Assembly: GCA_031411295.1 (NCBI GenBank)
Contig: JANOAV010000044.1
Span: 1-64,000 of the forward strand
Source of the DNA: Verrucomicrobiales bacterium
GTDB lineage: Bacteria > Verrucomicrobiota > Verrucomicrobiia > Verrucomicrobiales > V1-33
Reading direction: 5' to 3'
DNA: 64,000 nucleotides
The position numbers and the translations under genes are program-made. A model generated the notes under the pieces. That model was not told where the DNA came from, did not search any database, and saw only the letters and a program-made list of their open reading frames with translations. Positions 37,815 to 48,099 of the stretch are shown in pieces; the first letter of the stretch is position 1, and the number at the start of each line of letters is the position of its first letter.

Positions 37815-39185
37815 CTAAATATCGGCCAACCGTCCCGTGGAATCGCCAAAACGCTCCAAGCCGGTTACCCCCATGCGGTCCGCCATGCTGAGGAACATGT
37901 TACACGTTGGGGTGGGGGAGTGTTTGGTGTAGCGCCCAGGAGTCAGCGTGCCACCACCATGACCAGCCAGCACGAATGGCAGGTCGTTGTGGTTGTGGCG
38001 GTTAGGGTCTGCATTGCCCCCGCCGTAAACTAACATTGAGTTGTAGAGCAGCGAGTTCCCATCCGAGTCCTTGATGGCGTCCATTTTCTGGAGGATCTGC
38101 GTGAACTGCTTGGCATACCAGAGGTCGATCTGGGCTACTTTTTCCATCAGGTCCGCTTTATTTTGATGGTGGGAAATGTCGTGGTGACCTTCGGAAACGC
38201 CGATGTCGGCAAAGGAGCGGTTGCTGCCATCATGCGCTAGCATGAACGAGGCGACGCGCGTGGAATCCGTCTGGAAGGCGGCAATCATGAGATCGCCCAT
38301 CAGTTGGATGTGGTCACCATAGTTGTCCGGCACGCCTGCGGGGACATCTTGGCGGGGGGAGGTGGCAGGTCCGAATTTCTCCGCCTTTTCGATGCGCAGT
38401 TCGATCTCCCGAACCCCCGTGAGGTATTGATCCAACTTGGCATTATCATGGGGATCGAGCCGCCGCTGCATCGCGCGGGCATCCTCCAGCACGAAGTCCA
38501 AGACGGAATGCTGCTCGGCTTGGCGACGTTTCAGATTCTGGGCGCGCAACTCCGCTGGCCCGGTGCCGAAGAGACGTTCGAAGAGCAGGCGGGGGTTGAC
38601 CTCGGGCGTCATGGGGGTCGTGGGCGAATTCCAGGACAGGTTGAATTGATAGGCACAAGCGTAACCCGAGTCGCAGGCTCCAGCCTTGCGGACCGCATCA
38701 CAGCTCATTTCCAGCGATGAGTGACGCGTGAGATGACCCACTTGGCGGGCCATCACTTGATCGATCGAGACGCCTGCCTGAATATCGGTGGCGCTCTTTT
38801 TCACGCGCACTCCGGTGAGAAACGTGCCCACGCCACGGGCGTGATCGCCAGCGCCATCCGGGCCGCCCTCTCCGTTGAGATTTTCCATGCCGCCCATGAT
38901 TTGCACGTGGCTGCGCAGTTCCTCCAAGGGCTTCAACGTGGGGCTCGCCACGTAGTCGGAGCCGGGTTTTTCCGGCCACCAGTAAGACGGGATGGAGCCG
39001 TTCGGGAAAAAGAAAAAGGCCGAGCGCAGCGGGGCCCCGGTGCGAGTTACGGCCAGTCGTGTGGCCTCTGCTTGGGCCAGCAATTTCATGCCGCCCAGCG
39101 ACTCAAATGTGGGCACGGAAATCAACGCGCCCAGCCCACGCAGGAAATGGCGACGTCCGAGGGGAGAGAATTGGGAGGATTTCAT
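37815..39185 (-). CDS. DUF1552 domain protein (Tat-exported)
   Basis: RRHFLRGLG leader; FFPNG, GAGDHARG..TFLTG, SIDQV.A, CDSGYACAY..NLSW, GHHDISHH, H.HNDLP..LAG.GGG. Confidence 0.9.
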   Translation of the reverse strand: MKSSQFSPLGRRHFLRGLGALISVPTFESLGGMKLLAQAEATRLAVTRTGAPLRSAFFFFPNGSIPSYWWPEKPGSDYVASPTLKPLEELRSHVQIMGGMENLNGEGGPDGAGDHARGVGTFLTGVRVKKSATDIQAGVSIDQVMARQVGHLTRHSSLEMSCDAVRKAGACDSGYACAYQFNLSWNSPTTPMTPEVNPRLLFERLFGTGPAELRAQNLKRRQAEQHSVLDFVLEDARAMQRRLDPHDNAKLDQYLTGVREIELRIEKAEKFGPATSPRQDVPAGVPDNYGDHIQLMGDLMIAAFQTDSTRVASFMLAHDGSNRSFADIGVSEGHHDISHHQNKADLMEKVAQIDLWYAKQFTQILQKMDAIKDSDGNSLLYNSMLVYGGGNADPNRHNHNDLPFVLAGHGGGTLTPGRYTKHSPTPTCNMFLSMADRMGVTGLERFGDSTGRLADI

Positions 39186-39190
39186 AAATG

Positions 39191-41713
39191 TTATTGCTGC
39201 GCGGTTTTGGGTTTATCGACGGAGGCGGGGCGACGTTTCAGGAAGGCGTCCGATTCCACTATGGCTTGCAGCAGGCTGCCCGCATGGCCTTCATTTTGTT
39301 GCAGCCGTTGCAGGATCAGGTCCACCGTGGTCTCATCATGGAAATCCAGGCCGCGTCCCAGGGCATACGTTAGCAGCTTCTGGGTAACGCACCGTTCAAA
39401 GGATTCCCGATGATTACTAACCAGAATCTGCTTCAACTCCCGGGCCGAGGAGAACTGCTCCGTGGCGCTGAGTTGGCCTTGTGATTCAATGGGTTTGCCG
39501 CGTTCGAACTCCCGCCACTTGCCCATGGCATTGAAATTCTCCAAGGCCAGTCCGATGGGGTCCATGCGGTTATGGCAGGAGGCGCACTTGGCGTCCGCCC
39601 GGTGCTTGGCTAAATTTTCCCGCAGGGTGCCTTCAATGCCTTTGCCGGCGGAGAAGTCTTCCAGCGGGGGCACGTTGGCGGGCGGCGGCGGCGGGGGCGA
39701 TCCCAGAATGTTATCGAGAATGAAGAGTCCACGTTTCACCGGAGAAGTGCGCGTGGGATTGGAGGTTACTGCCAGCACCGTGCCTTGCGTCAGCAGGCCT
39801 CCGCGGGGACTATCTGCGGCTAGGGTGACTCGGCGGATTTCGTCACCCTGAACCTCGGGGATGCCATAGTGGTCGGCCAGACGTTGATTAACGAAAGTAT
39901 AGTCACTGGAAATCAATTCCGTTAGCGGGCGATCTTGCCGCAGCACATACTCAAAATATTTCTCCGTCTCCCGTCGCATATCCCGCCGCAGATCACCCCG
40001 GAATTCCTGATTCTTGAATCGGTCGAAGCGCTTCTTGAAAATCGCCCGCCCCCGCTCCAGGTCGTCTCTTTCCACCTGGGTTAGGGTGGCGGTGTCCTTC
40101 CGCCGCAGTTCGAAATAACGTTTCCGGGCCTCCTCCAATTCCGGATCCGGCGGCTGCTCGCGTTGCAGCACAAAGCGCACATCGATCGGGACTTCCTCAA
40201 TGTCTCGGGCCTCCAGCCACTGTCCCACGAAATTGCGAATGAAGGCTTGCGAGCGCTCATGCTTGAACAGTCGGGCAAATTGTTCCCCCAGCTGCGCCCG
40301 CAGTTTCTTCTCTCCTGCCAGACGAAGCAATTCCTCATCCGGCATGGTGCTCCAGAGAAAATAGGAAAGGCGCGAAGCCAGCGCATACTCATCAATATAC
40401 GGGAATCCATTCGCAACTTCCGACTCTACGGGTTCCTCACGGAAAATGAAGCGAGGGGAGGCCAGCACCGCTTCCATGGCCCGGCCAATTCCGGCCTCGA
40501 AATTTTTGTCAGGCTGCGTATAGACGCTTTCCGCCAACCTTGCCAGCCGCACTGACGTGGGTTCGTCAGTTGGCCGTCGAAACGCGCGCGTGGCAAATTT
40601 TCCCAACATTTCCTGCGCCAACGCCAATCTGGCAGCGGGTTCGGACGGAATGGTCTGCGGGAACCACCGGTCATAGTTGGCGGGCTTGATCCAATGCTCC
40701 GGCTCCAGCGGTCCGGCCACCACCACCGCATCGATGCGCAGCCGCAGCTTGCGCGCCTGCTTTTCATTCGGCGTCAGCGGCTGAACCTCCAGCGTCAGCC
40801 GATGCTCTCCCGCGCTCCAAGTGGCGGGAAAATCATAACCGAATTCCCGGCCCGCCATCGTGCTCAGCTCACGTTCTCCAACCTCGGTGCCGTCGAATTT
40901 GAAGATAACCTTGCACCGATTCCCGTCCGGCTCGCCTTCGACGAAATCCTCATGCCCGGAAAGTTTAAAATTTACCGTATAGTGCCCGTCATGCTTCACC
41001 TGAGTCTTGGCTGTGGTCACTGCGGCTTGGTTGTAACTCAGCATCGGGAGCGGCTCATGCGGCTCCTCCCGGAAAAAGCTCTCCCCCTTGACGGTGAATT
41101 CCGGCATGCTCTTGCCTTGAATGGGAACGGCCTTCGCTACGATCGTCTTGGCCGCCGCGAGATATTTTTCCAGCAGCATCGGGGAAATGTTGAGCACTTC
41201 ACCGATATTATCGAAGCCATGGCCGGTATCATCGGCCGGAAACTCCTCGTCCGTGCGAAATTCCACATCCAAGAGATCCCGAATGGTGTTGCGATACTCC
41301 ACCCGATTCAACCGCCGCAAGGTAACCCGTCCTGGATCGGGCGACTGAGGATTCAACTGAAAGACGTCACGCTTAATGAAGGCAGCCAACGCGGTGCGTT
41401 CCGCCGGAGTCGGTTGCTCCTTGTCTGGCGGAGGCATCAAGCCGTCCCGCACGTTCTTCAGCGCCCGATACCAAAGGTCCTTTTCCCCGATCAGGGCTTC
41501 ATCCGAGGCAAAACTATCGAAACTCACCCCGCCCTTCTTGGCTCCGTCCGCGTGACAGTCGAAACACTTCGCTTTCAGCACCGGCAGGATATCTCCACGA
41601 TAAGCCGCCACCGAGGCGGCATCCTCGGCCGTAGCCGAAGCGCTAAGCGCGAATGAAAAAGCTCCAGCCCACCAAAGGCTGAGGCATTGATGAGTGGGGA
41701 GGAATCTCAACAT
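39191..41713 (-). CDS. DUF1592/1588/1587/1585/1595 planctomycete-type cytochrome c protein
   Basis: Heme motifs CFDCH and CASCH; LRRLNRVEYRNTIRDLL, LASRLSYFLWSTMPD, RTSPVKRG, LLTYALGR. Confidence 0.92.
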   Translation of the reverse strand: MLRFLPTHQCLSLWWAGAFSFALSASATAEDAASVAAYRGDILPVLKAKCFDCHADGAKKGGVSFDSFASDEALIGEKDLWYRALKNVRDGLMPPPDKEQPTPAERTALAAFIKRDVFQLNPQSPDPGRVTLRRLNRVEYRNTIRDLLDVEFRTDEEFPADDTGHGFDNIGEVLNISPMLLEKYLAAAKTIVAKAVPIQGKSMPEFTVKGESFFREEPHEPLPMLSYNQAAVTTAKTQVKHDGHYTVNFKLSGHEDFVEGEPDGNRCKVIFKFDGTEVGERELSTMAGREFGYDFPATWSAGEHRLTLEVQPLTPNEKQARKLRLRIDAVVVAGPLEPEHWIKPANYDRWFPQTIPSEPAARLALAQEMLGKFATRAFRRPTDEPTSVRLARLAESVYTQPDKNFEAGIGRAMEAVLASPRFIFREEPVESEVANGFPYIDEYALASRLSYFLWSTMPDEELLRLAGEKKLRAQLGEQFARLFKHERSQAFIRNFVGQWLEARDIEEVPIDVRFVLQREQPPDPELEEARKRYFELRRKDTATLTQVERDDLERGRAIFKKRFDRFKNQEFRGDLRRDMRRETEKYFEYVLRQDRPLTELISSDYTFVNQRLADHYGIPEVQGDEIRRVTLAADSPRGGLLTQGTVLAVTSNPTRTSPVKRGLFILDNILGSPPPPPPANVPPLEDFSAGKGIEGTLRENLAKHRADAKCASCHNRMDPIGLALENFNAMGKWREFERGKPIESQGQLSATEQFSSARELKQILVSNHRESFERCVTQKLLTYALGRGLDFHDETTVDLILQRLQQNEGHAGSLLQAIVESDAFLKRRPASVDKPKTAQQ

Positions 41714-41926
41714 GGGTGAGACAAGCTGTAACGGCTCGCCCCCGGGAGCAAATTAAAACCCTCAGTCATGCCCAAAGGCGTATGCACGCCCCGGGATGGG
41801 TGCTCGCACCAAGCTCGGCTTGTCGGAGACGGCTAAATTTCAAAAAAATCACCCGCTAGGTTAAAATTTAGTTGAAATTAATAAATTAAACCATAGAATC
41901 CATAATCAGAACAATTATTGAGAGAA

Positions 41927-42511
41927 ATGAAATCCAACTTATTCCGTCAGCCGCTCAATTTCCCAAACTCCCGCGCTACGCGTGAAGTCATCCGTCCACT
42001 TGCTACTACCATGATCTACACCGACTCGCAAAAGAATGTCTTCACCGTCAGTAAAGTGGACTCCGCTGCCCCGCCAAATTATCAGGGAGACGTGCGTTTC
42101 GAGGTGGATGTGACACTGGGAGCAGAAGGACAACTAATTTTCGTCGGACTGTTGGAAACGGCAGCCCTCTCAATTCGGGAAAACAGCCCCGGAATCGGCA
42201 TTTCCCTGGACCCCTGCACGGGAGCCATCACCGATGTCGTCAACGACCAAGGCATCATCGGCTACCTGGAAGATGAAGATTTGCATCCTGGCCGCCAACT
42301 CACTGTGCAAATCGAAATCGAAGTGCTGAACGAGGTCTGCATCCCACGCATCACCATCAGCGGAGAGCAATTCCTGCACCCCGCCCTGCTCATGGGCCAC
42401 CCGAGCCAACTCACCGCCCTCGTGGGATCCGCCGTCATGGGCACCTCCAGAGCGCTCTTCGGCCGCAGTCAATTGCAAGTCAATCAACGCTCCCAAGGCC
42501 TGCCCGCCTAA
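41927..42511 (+). CDS. Hypothetical protein
   Basis: Coding-like ORF after an AT-rich promoter region; start could be 41927 or 42011. Confidence 0.6.
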   Translation: MKSNLFRQPLNFPNSRATREVIRPLATTMIYTDSQKNVFTVSKVDSAAPPNYQGDVRFEVDVTLGAEGQLIFVGLLETAALSIRENSPGIGISLDPCTGAITDVVNDQGIIGYLEDEDLHPGRQLTVQIEIEVLNEVCIPRITISGEQFLHPALLMGHPSQLTALVGSAVMGTSRALFGRSQLQVNQRSQGLPA

Positions 42512-42589
42512 CAGGTCGAATCGCAATTAGACCTGGCCCTGGGCCGCGACGTTGCTTCCTTTAGCTGCCTGCTTTGCGCCATGCCCGCA

Positions 42590-43927
42590 TTACTGCAACC
42601 AGCTCCAAGCCAGCGCAGCAACGCATGCTAGGATTAGTGCAATACTGATCCAGCCAGCGGCTCGAACCCAGCGTGGCGAGCGTGCGGAGCCCATGATAGA
42701 GGCGTCGTTTCCCAGTAATTGCAGGGCGATCACATGCAGCGGCAGCAGCACGGCATTCACCACTTGGCTGCTGTAGATGAGCGGAATCAACGGCAGGCTG
42801 GGGAGGGATACCACACTCACGGCAGCGATGGTCAGGCCTATGAAGGCTGCGTAAAACCATTGGAAGTGATGCGAATCCAAGTCCAGTGAAGCAGGTTCCC
42901 CCACGCCTTCGGCAATGGAATAGGCAGTGGCAATCGGGACGATGGCAGCAGCTAGTAAGGAGGCACCTAGCAGACCCACACCGAAGAGCACGGTGGCAAA
43001 CTTTCCCGCCAACGGGCGCAGCGCCACGGCCGCGTCCCCTGCATCCGTGATGTGGATGCCGGCTCTGTTCAAGGTGGCCGCGCAAGCCACGGCAATGGCC
43101 AACCCGATGACTCCGGTTAGGATGGAACCGATCACCACGTCCGCTCGCGCCCAGCGCAAAGTTGCTAGAGAGATCTTCTTATCCACCGCATACGATTGGA
43201 TGAACGCCAGTCCCCACGGAGCCAGCGTCGTGCCCAGCGCGGCTGCGATGGCGATCCAGCCCGCGGCATTGCTGGGGAAATGAGGCACGACCGAATGGTG
43301 CCAGACCGCGTTCCAATCGGGGTCTGCCAGCAAGCCGTCCACAATATACAAGGCCAGGGTGGCCGAAATCACCAGCAGCACTCGCTCGACGCGATGAAAC
43401 GAGCCGAGCACGACTACCAGGGAAATCAAGACTCCCGCCACGGGCGCACTAATCCACGAGGGAATCCCGATCAAGCCGCCTGCCGCCGAGATTCCGGCAT
43501 ACTCCGCGCAGATGGTCCCGAAGTTTGCCAGCAGTAGTCCGCCCACGGCAAAGTAACCCGCCTTGCGTCCCCAACGCTCCCGAATTAGGCCTACGAATCC
43601 TTTGCCGGTGGCTGCGCCCAGCCGCACCGCCAGAAGATGGAATTGCACTAATAGGATGGTTGAGGCTGGAATGATCCACAGCAGTTTATAGCCAAAATCC
43701 GCTCCCAACACCGAGTAAGTCGTGATGCCCGCCGGGTCATCATCGGACAGTCCCGCCAACAACCCCGGCCCCAGCACCGCTAGGAATGCCACCCAAGCGC
43801 CACGACCGGACTGCAATAGTTGCGCAAAGCGCAATCCAATGCCTCGATGGTGATGTGCCACGGCGTGCGGGGGCGCGGCTTGCTTTTGCCGCACGTGATG
43901 GGTCGCACGGTGCCAAGCTTTAAACAT
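42590..43927 (-). CDS. NRAMP-related divalent cation transporter (NRMT-like, Mg/Mn)
   Basis: LGPGLLAGLSDDDPAGITTYS..GADFGY, RLGAATGKG, GTTLAPW; multiple TM helices; His-rich N-terminus. Confidence 0.88.
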   Translation of the reverse strand: MFKAWHRATHHVRQKQAAPPHAVAHHHRGIGLRFAQLLQSGRGAWVAFLAVLGPGLLAGLSDDDPAGITTYSVLGADFGYKLLWIIPASTILLVQFHLLAVRLGAATGKGFVGLIRERWGRKAGYFAVGGLLLANFGTICAEYAGISAAGGLIGIPSWISAPVAGVLISLVVVLGSFHRVERVLLVISATLALYIVDGLLADPDWNAVWHHSVVPHFPSNAAGWIAIAAALGTTLAPWGLAFIQSYAVDKKISLATLRWARADVVIGSILTGVIGLAIAVACAATLNRAGIHITDAGDAAVALRPLAGKFATVLFGVGLLGASLLAAAIVPIATAYSIAEGVGEPASLDLDSHHFQWFYAAFIGLTIAAVSVVSLPSLPLIPLIYSSQVVNAVLLPLHVIALQLLGNDASIMGSARSPRWVRAAGWISIALILACVAALAWSWLQ

Positions 43928-44119
43928 TGGGGCGGTCCTCTCGATCAGTTGTTGGTGAATTCGCAATCGCTTCCATGAGAGCAGAACGTCGAACCGAAAT
44001 ACCGACATGCAAGTCCCATAGGTTGATGAAGTTTCAAGCCAGGCCTGGCCGCTACTTTTGCGAGGAAGATCCACCTGCTCGCGTGCGTGCATTTCGCGAT
44101 TTATGAAATACGCTCTGCC

Positions 44120-45817
44120 ATGCTTTCACGTTGGTTATCGATTTTGGTGCTGCCGCTCTCGCTTTCAGCGGGGGTGGTTGTTTTGCCGGAACGTAGGGCG
44201 GAGGCTCGGACGGGGGCAGCGGTGGCGGAGGCCGTCTCGGGCATGAATTTAAATGATCGTGAGGATTTATTGGTGCGGGAGATTTCCCAGGGAAATGTGC
44301 CTAACTGGTGGCGGAAATTTGTGCCAGTGACGGTGCATTTGGAAATTGATGGCACGCCGCAGACGCTGGTTTATGAAGTTTCCCCAGACGTGGTCATGGT
44401 GGGTGATGATGTCGATGCCATGCGAGTTCCATTATCTCCGGTGGCCGCCCAGACGTTGGCAGGTTCATTGGATTGCCTTCTGCCAACCTCGCAAATGTCC
44501 GCGCAGATCTATGCGGCTGCGGAAGTGAAATTAACGCCCCATCCGCTGACTCCCGGACCTGACATGACGGGCTTCGCCAAGTTTTTGGCGCACGAAAAGA
44601 TCGTCGATTCCCAACGCGCTGAAAACCCCGCTCTGCCCGGAACCCTGGTGGCTGGACACAAAAAGGATGTGGTCGTAAGCGCCAAGCTCTGTGAAGCCAC
44701 GGGAAAAGTTGCGATATTCGGTTGGCACAAGACTTCAGCGCAACCGATTCAGCCGCTTTATCTCGGTCACACCGAGAACTGGGTGGACTACAGTCATGGG
44801 GTGCGGCTGGTAAGACGGCAAATGCAACTGAATGGGAAGTCTGTCTTCATGGAGGATCTGTTGGCTGATGCTAAACTGAGCAAGCTCTTGGGCGCTGAAG
44901 GCCCGCTGTTGAATCCGCGTTATGACACGGATCGGACCACGACGATGAAGCTGGACCCTGGCGTGCGCGTGGTCATCAAGGCTCCATTTGCTTGGGTGAA
45001 AACTGAGCCGGTGCGCTTGGTCATCTATGCCACGCCAAATGGAAGCACGGCGGAACAAACGATTGGGCGCATCGTAGCTTCCGGTGGGGACTGGCATTAC
45101 CAGATTCAGAACATCGGAGCGCAAACCCATTGGTTGCGCGACCATGCCAACTTAAGGAATCTGGTGGTGGCTTACCTCGAGCCGGAAGGGAAATCCTGGT
45201 CTGCCTGGCGGAAGAAATTTGATGCCCAAAACCAGCTGATTCCTCGCCTTATCGAGGCGATTTCGCAGCAATTCAAAGGTCAGGACGTGCGGCTCACACT
45301 GACCGGCCACAGTGGTGGGGGAAGTTTTATTTTCGGTTACTTCAATGCCGTGTCGGAGATTCCAGCCGCCATCGAACGGATTGCTTTTCTGGATAGCAAT
45401 TATAATTGGGAAACCGAACGTCACGTCGTCAAGTTCAGCAATTGGCTCAAAGGTTCCCCTGAGCACCGACTTTGCGTCCTCGCTTACGAAGATTGCGTGG
45501 CGCTGCTCAATGGAAAGACGTTTGTCAGTGAATCCGGCGGCACCTGGGGCCGCAGTCTGCAGATGCTTCAGGATCTGGGCAAATCGTTTCCATTGGAGCG
45601 GAAGGAGGATGATGATTTCATCCGTGCCAACTCCGCCGCTGGCCAGATTCAGTTTCTCCTGCGCAAGAATCCTGCAAAGAAAGTCCTCCATTCTGTGCTG
45701 GTGGAGCGCAACGGCTTCATCCAAGGGATCATCGGAGGAACGAATTCCGAGGGACAGGGGTATGAGTATTTCGGTCCACGGGCGTATGCTCCCGGTCTGC
45801 CGCAGTCCCCCCAGTAG
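44120..45817 (+). CDS. Secreted two-domain protein with an alpha/beta-hydrolase-like C-terminal half
   Basis: Signal peptide; nucleophile-elbow LTGHSGGG followed by IAFLDS. Confidence 0.7.
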   Translation: MLSRWLSILVLPLSLSAGVVVLPERRAEARTGAAVAEAVSGMNLNDREDLLVREISQGNVPNWWRKFVPVTVHLEIDGTPQTLVYEVSPDVVMVGDDVDAMRVPLSPVAAQTLAGSLDCLLPTSQMSAQIYAAAEVKLTPHPLTPGPDMTGFAKFLAHEKIVDSQRAENPALPGTLVAGHKKDVVVSAKLCEATGKVAIFGWHKTSAQPIQPLYLGHTENWVDYSHGVRLVRRQMQLNGKSVFMEDLLADAKLSKLLGAEGPLLNPRYDTDRTTTMKLDPGVRVVIKAPFAWVKTEPVRLVIYATPNGSTAEQTIGRIVASGGDWHYQIQNIGAQTHWLRDHANLRNLVVAYLEPEGKSWSAWRKKFDAQNQLIPRLIEAISQQFKGQDVRLTLTGHSGGGSFIFGYFNAVSEIPAAIERIAFLDSNYNWETERHVVKFSNWLKGSPEHRLCVLAYEDCVALLNGKTFVSESGGTWGRSLQMLQDLGKSFPLERKEDDDFIRANSAAGQIQFLLRKNPAKKVLHSVLVERNGFIQGIIGGTNSEGQGYEYFGPRAYAPGLPQSPQ

Positions 45818-45934
45818 CGGCCACGAGCCCGAGGATGATCAGACAAGATCCCAGTCGGCTCACGTGATGGGTTGACGCGTGGACAATTCGCGGAGAGAGA
45901 AGCTAATAAAATCCATCTCCCATCCGCCCCTTCC

Positions 45935-46711
45935 ATGCTTACCATCGCAGATCGCCAATTCTCTTCCCGACTTTTCCTCGGAACGGGTAAATTTTCCTCA
46001 CCCGCCACCATGCGCGATGCGCTGGATGCCTCCGGCACTCAGATCGTGACGGTAGCATTGCGGCGGGCGGATCTCACGGGTCAGCAGGATCCGTTTGCGA
46101 ACATCCTGGAGTTTATCGATCCAAAGAAATACTTGCTCCTGCCCAACACCAGCGGAGCCAACACCGCTGAAGAAGCCGTGCGCCTGGCCCGCTTGGCGGA
46201 GGCCGCAGGGTTGCCCAAGTGGGTGAAATTGGAAATTCACCCAGATCCAAAATATTTGCTACCCGATCCTATCGAGACGCTGAAGGCGGCGGAGATCTTG
46301 GTGAAAGAAGGTTTCGTGGTCCTGCCGTATATCAACGCTGACCCCGTGCTGGCCAAACGGCTCCAAGACGTGGGCACGGCCACCGTGATGCCTCTGGGGG
46401 CTCCCATCGGTTCCAATCGGGGACTGGAAACGCGCCGACAGTTGGAAATTATCATCGAGCAAGCAATCGTGCCCGTAGTGGTGGATGCCGGAATCGGTGC
46501 GCCCAGCCACGCTGCCGAAGCCTTGGAAATGGGGGCTGATGCCGTGTTGGTAAATACCGCCATTGCCATTTCCCACGATCCCTGTCAGATGGCGCGGGCT
46601 TTCAAGATGGCGGTGGAGGCTGGACGAATGGCGTTTGATTTAGGATTGCCGCGGGCGTCCGGCCAGGCCTCAGCGACAAGCCCGCTGGGGGCTTTCCTAG
46701 ATAGTTTATAA
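45935..46711 (+). CDS. thiG: Thiazole synthase
   Basis: [67 protein letters not shown]. Confidence 0.97.
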   Translation: MLTIADRQFSSRLFLGTGKFSSPATMRDALDASGTQIVTVALRRADLTGQQDPFANILEFIDPKKYLLLPNTSGANTAEEAVRLARLAEAAGLPKWVKLEIHPDPKYLLPDPIETLKAAEILVKEGFVVLPYINADPVLAKRLQDVGTATVMPLGAPIGSNRGLETRRQLEIIIEQAIVPVVVDAGIGAPSHAAEALEMGADAVLVNTAIAISHDPCQMARAFKMAVEAGRMAFDLGLPRASGQASATSPLGAFLDSL

Positions 46712-46772
46712 GTTCCAACCACCGGATTCCGCTGGGCCGCGCTAATTCGCCTGTTTTGAGCCGTTTCCGCAA

Positions 46773-46800
46773 TTGACGAGCACCCGCCTCAGCCTACGTT
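46773..46800 (+). promoter_or_regulatory. Possible housekeeping sigma-70 promoter of sucC
   Basis: TTGACG-N16-TACGTT, 37 nt upstream of the ATG. Confidence 0.4.
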
Positions 46801-46837
46801 CCGCGCAGCTAACCCCTCAAATTTTTACTTCCATCTC

Positions 46838-48025
46838 ATGAATATCCACGAATACCAAGCCAAAGAACTGTTCCTCAAATACGGCGTGCCCACCCCGGCC
46901 GGCAGCGTCGCCTCCACCAAGGCAGAAGCTGCTGCTGCCGCCACTGCCTTGGGCGGAGAGGGATTGGTAGTGAAGGCACAAGTCCACGCTGGCGGACGCG
47001 GCAAAGGAACCTTTAAGAACGGGTTCAAGGGCGGCGTGCAACTTGCCGACACAGTGGCGCAAGCAGCTGATTTTGCTGAGAAAATGCTCGGCCAAGTCCT
47101 CGTGACCCACCAAACTGGTCCGGAAGGCAAGCTCGTCAGCAAAGTGCTTATCGCGAAGGGCATCGATATCAAGAAGGAATACTATCTCGCCATCCTCATG
47201 GATCGGGCCACGGAGCGCCCGGTCATCGTCATCAGCAGCGAAGGCGGAATGAACATCGAAGAAGTGGCCGAACACACCCCTGAAAAGATCATCAACGAGC
47301 CCGTGAATCCTGCGCTCGGTCTGCAATCCTACCAATGCAAAAAACTGGCCAAGCTCGTGGGTCTGGGTTCCGACAAGCTGCGCTCCTTTGAAAAAGTCCT
47401 CACTTCGCTCTACAAATTATTCATCGCTTGCGATTGCTCCATGGTGGAAATTAATCCATTAGTCGAGACGCCCGCCGGAGAGATCCTGGCGCTGGATGCC
47501 AAGTTTAACTTCGACGACAACGCCCTCTATCGTCATCCCGAGATTTCCGCCATGCGTGACATCACCGAAGAGGATCCGCGCGAAGTGGAAGCATCTAAAT
47601 TCGATCTCAATTACATCGGGCTGGATGGAAACATCGCCTGCATGGTGAATGGAGCCGGGTTGGCCATGGCCACTATGGACATCATCAAACATTGCGGTGG
47701 TGATCCCGCCAATTTCCTCGACGTGGGTGGTGGCGCGAAGGAAGATCAGGTGCGCGAAGCATTCCGTATCCTCTGTGCCGACCCTAAAGTGGAGGCCATT
47801 CTGGTAAATATCTTTGGTGGTATCATGAAGTGCGACGTCATCGCCCAAGGGATCATTAACGCAGCCAAGACTATCGAACTCCGCGTCCCGCTCGTCGTCC
47901 GACTCGAAGGAACGAACGTCGCGTTAGGCCGACAATTGCTGCAGGACAGTGGTTTGCCGATCATCACTGCCACCGACTTGGCCGACGCTGCCGCCAAGGC
48001 AGTGCAGGCAGCCAAGGCGGCATAG
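46838..48025 (+). CDS. sucC: Succinyl-CoA synthetase beta subunit
   Basis: [68 protein letters not shown]. Confidence 0.98.
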   Translation: MNIHEYQAKELFLKYGVPTPAGSVASTKAEAAAAATALGGEGLVVKAQVHAGGRGKGTFKNGFKGGVQLADTVAQAADFAEKMLGQVLVTHQTGPEGKLVSKVLIAKGIDIKKEYYLAILMDRATERPVIVISSEGGMNIEEVAEHTPEKIINEPVNPALGLQSYQCKKLAKLVGLGSDKLRSFEKVLTSLYKLFIACDCSMVEINPLVETPAGEILALDAKFNFDDNALYRHPEISAMRDITEEDPREVEASKFDLNYIGLDGNIACMVNGAGLAMATMDIIKHCGGDPANFLDVGGGAKEDQVREAFRILCADPKVEAILVNIFGGIMKCDVIAQGIINAAKTIELRVPLVVRLEGTNVALGRQLLQDSGLPIITATDLADAAAKAVQAAKAA

Positions 48026-48099
48026 TCCGCTAAAGCACCTTCCTGAATTTGCCGCCAAGCAAAGATCCCGTAACGGGCTCTCAGCTTGGCGGCTTCATT

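Noticed and set aside
43928..44100. yybP-ykoY or M-box riboswitch upstream of the NRAMP-like gene
   Set aside because: Conserved riboswitch motifs were not recognisable on the minus strand.
45818..45934. TPP riboswitch upstream of thiG
   Set aside because: No CTGAGA or CCTGAT/TAATGC core motifs present.
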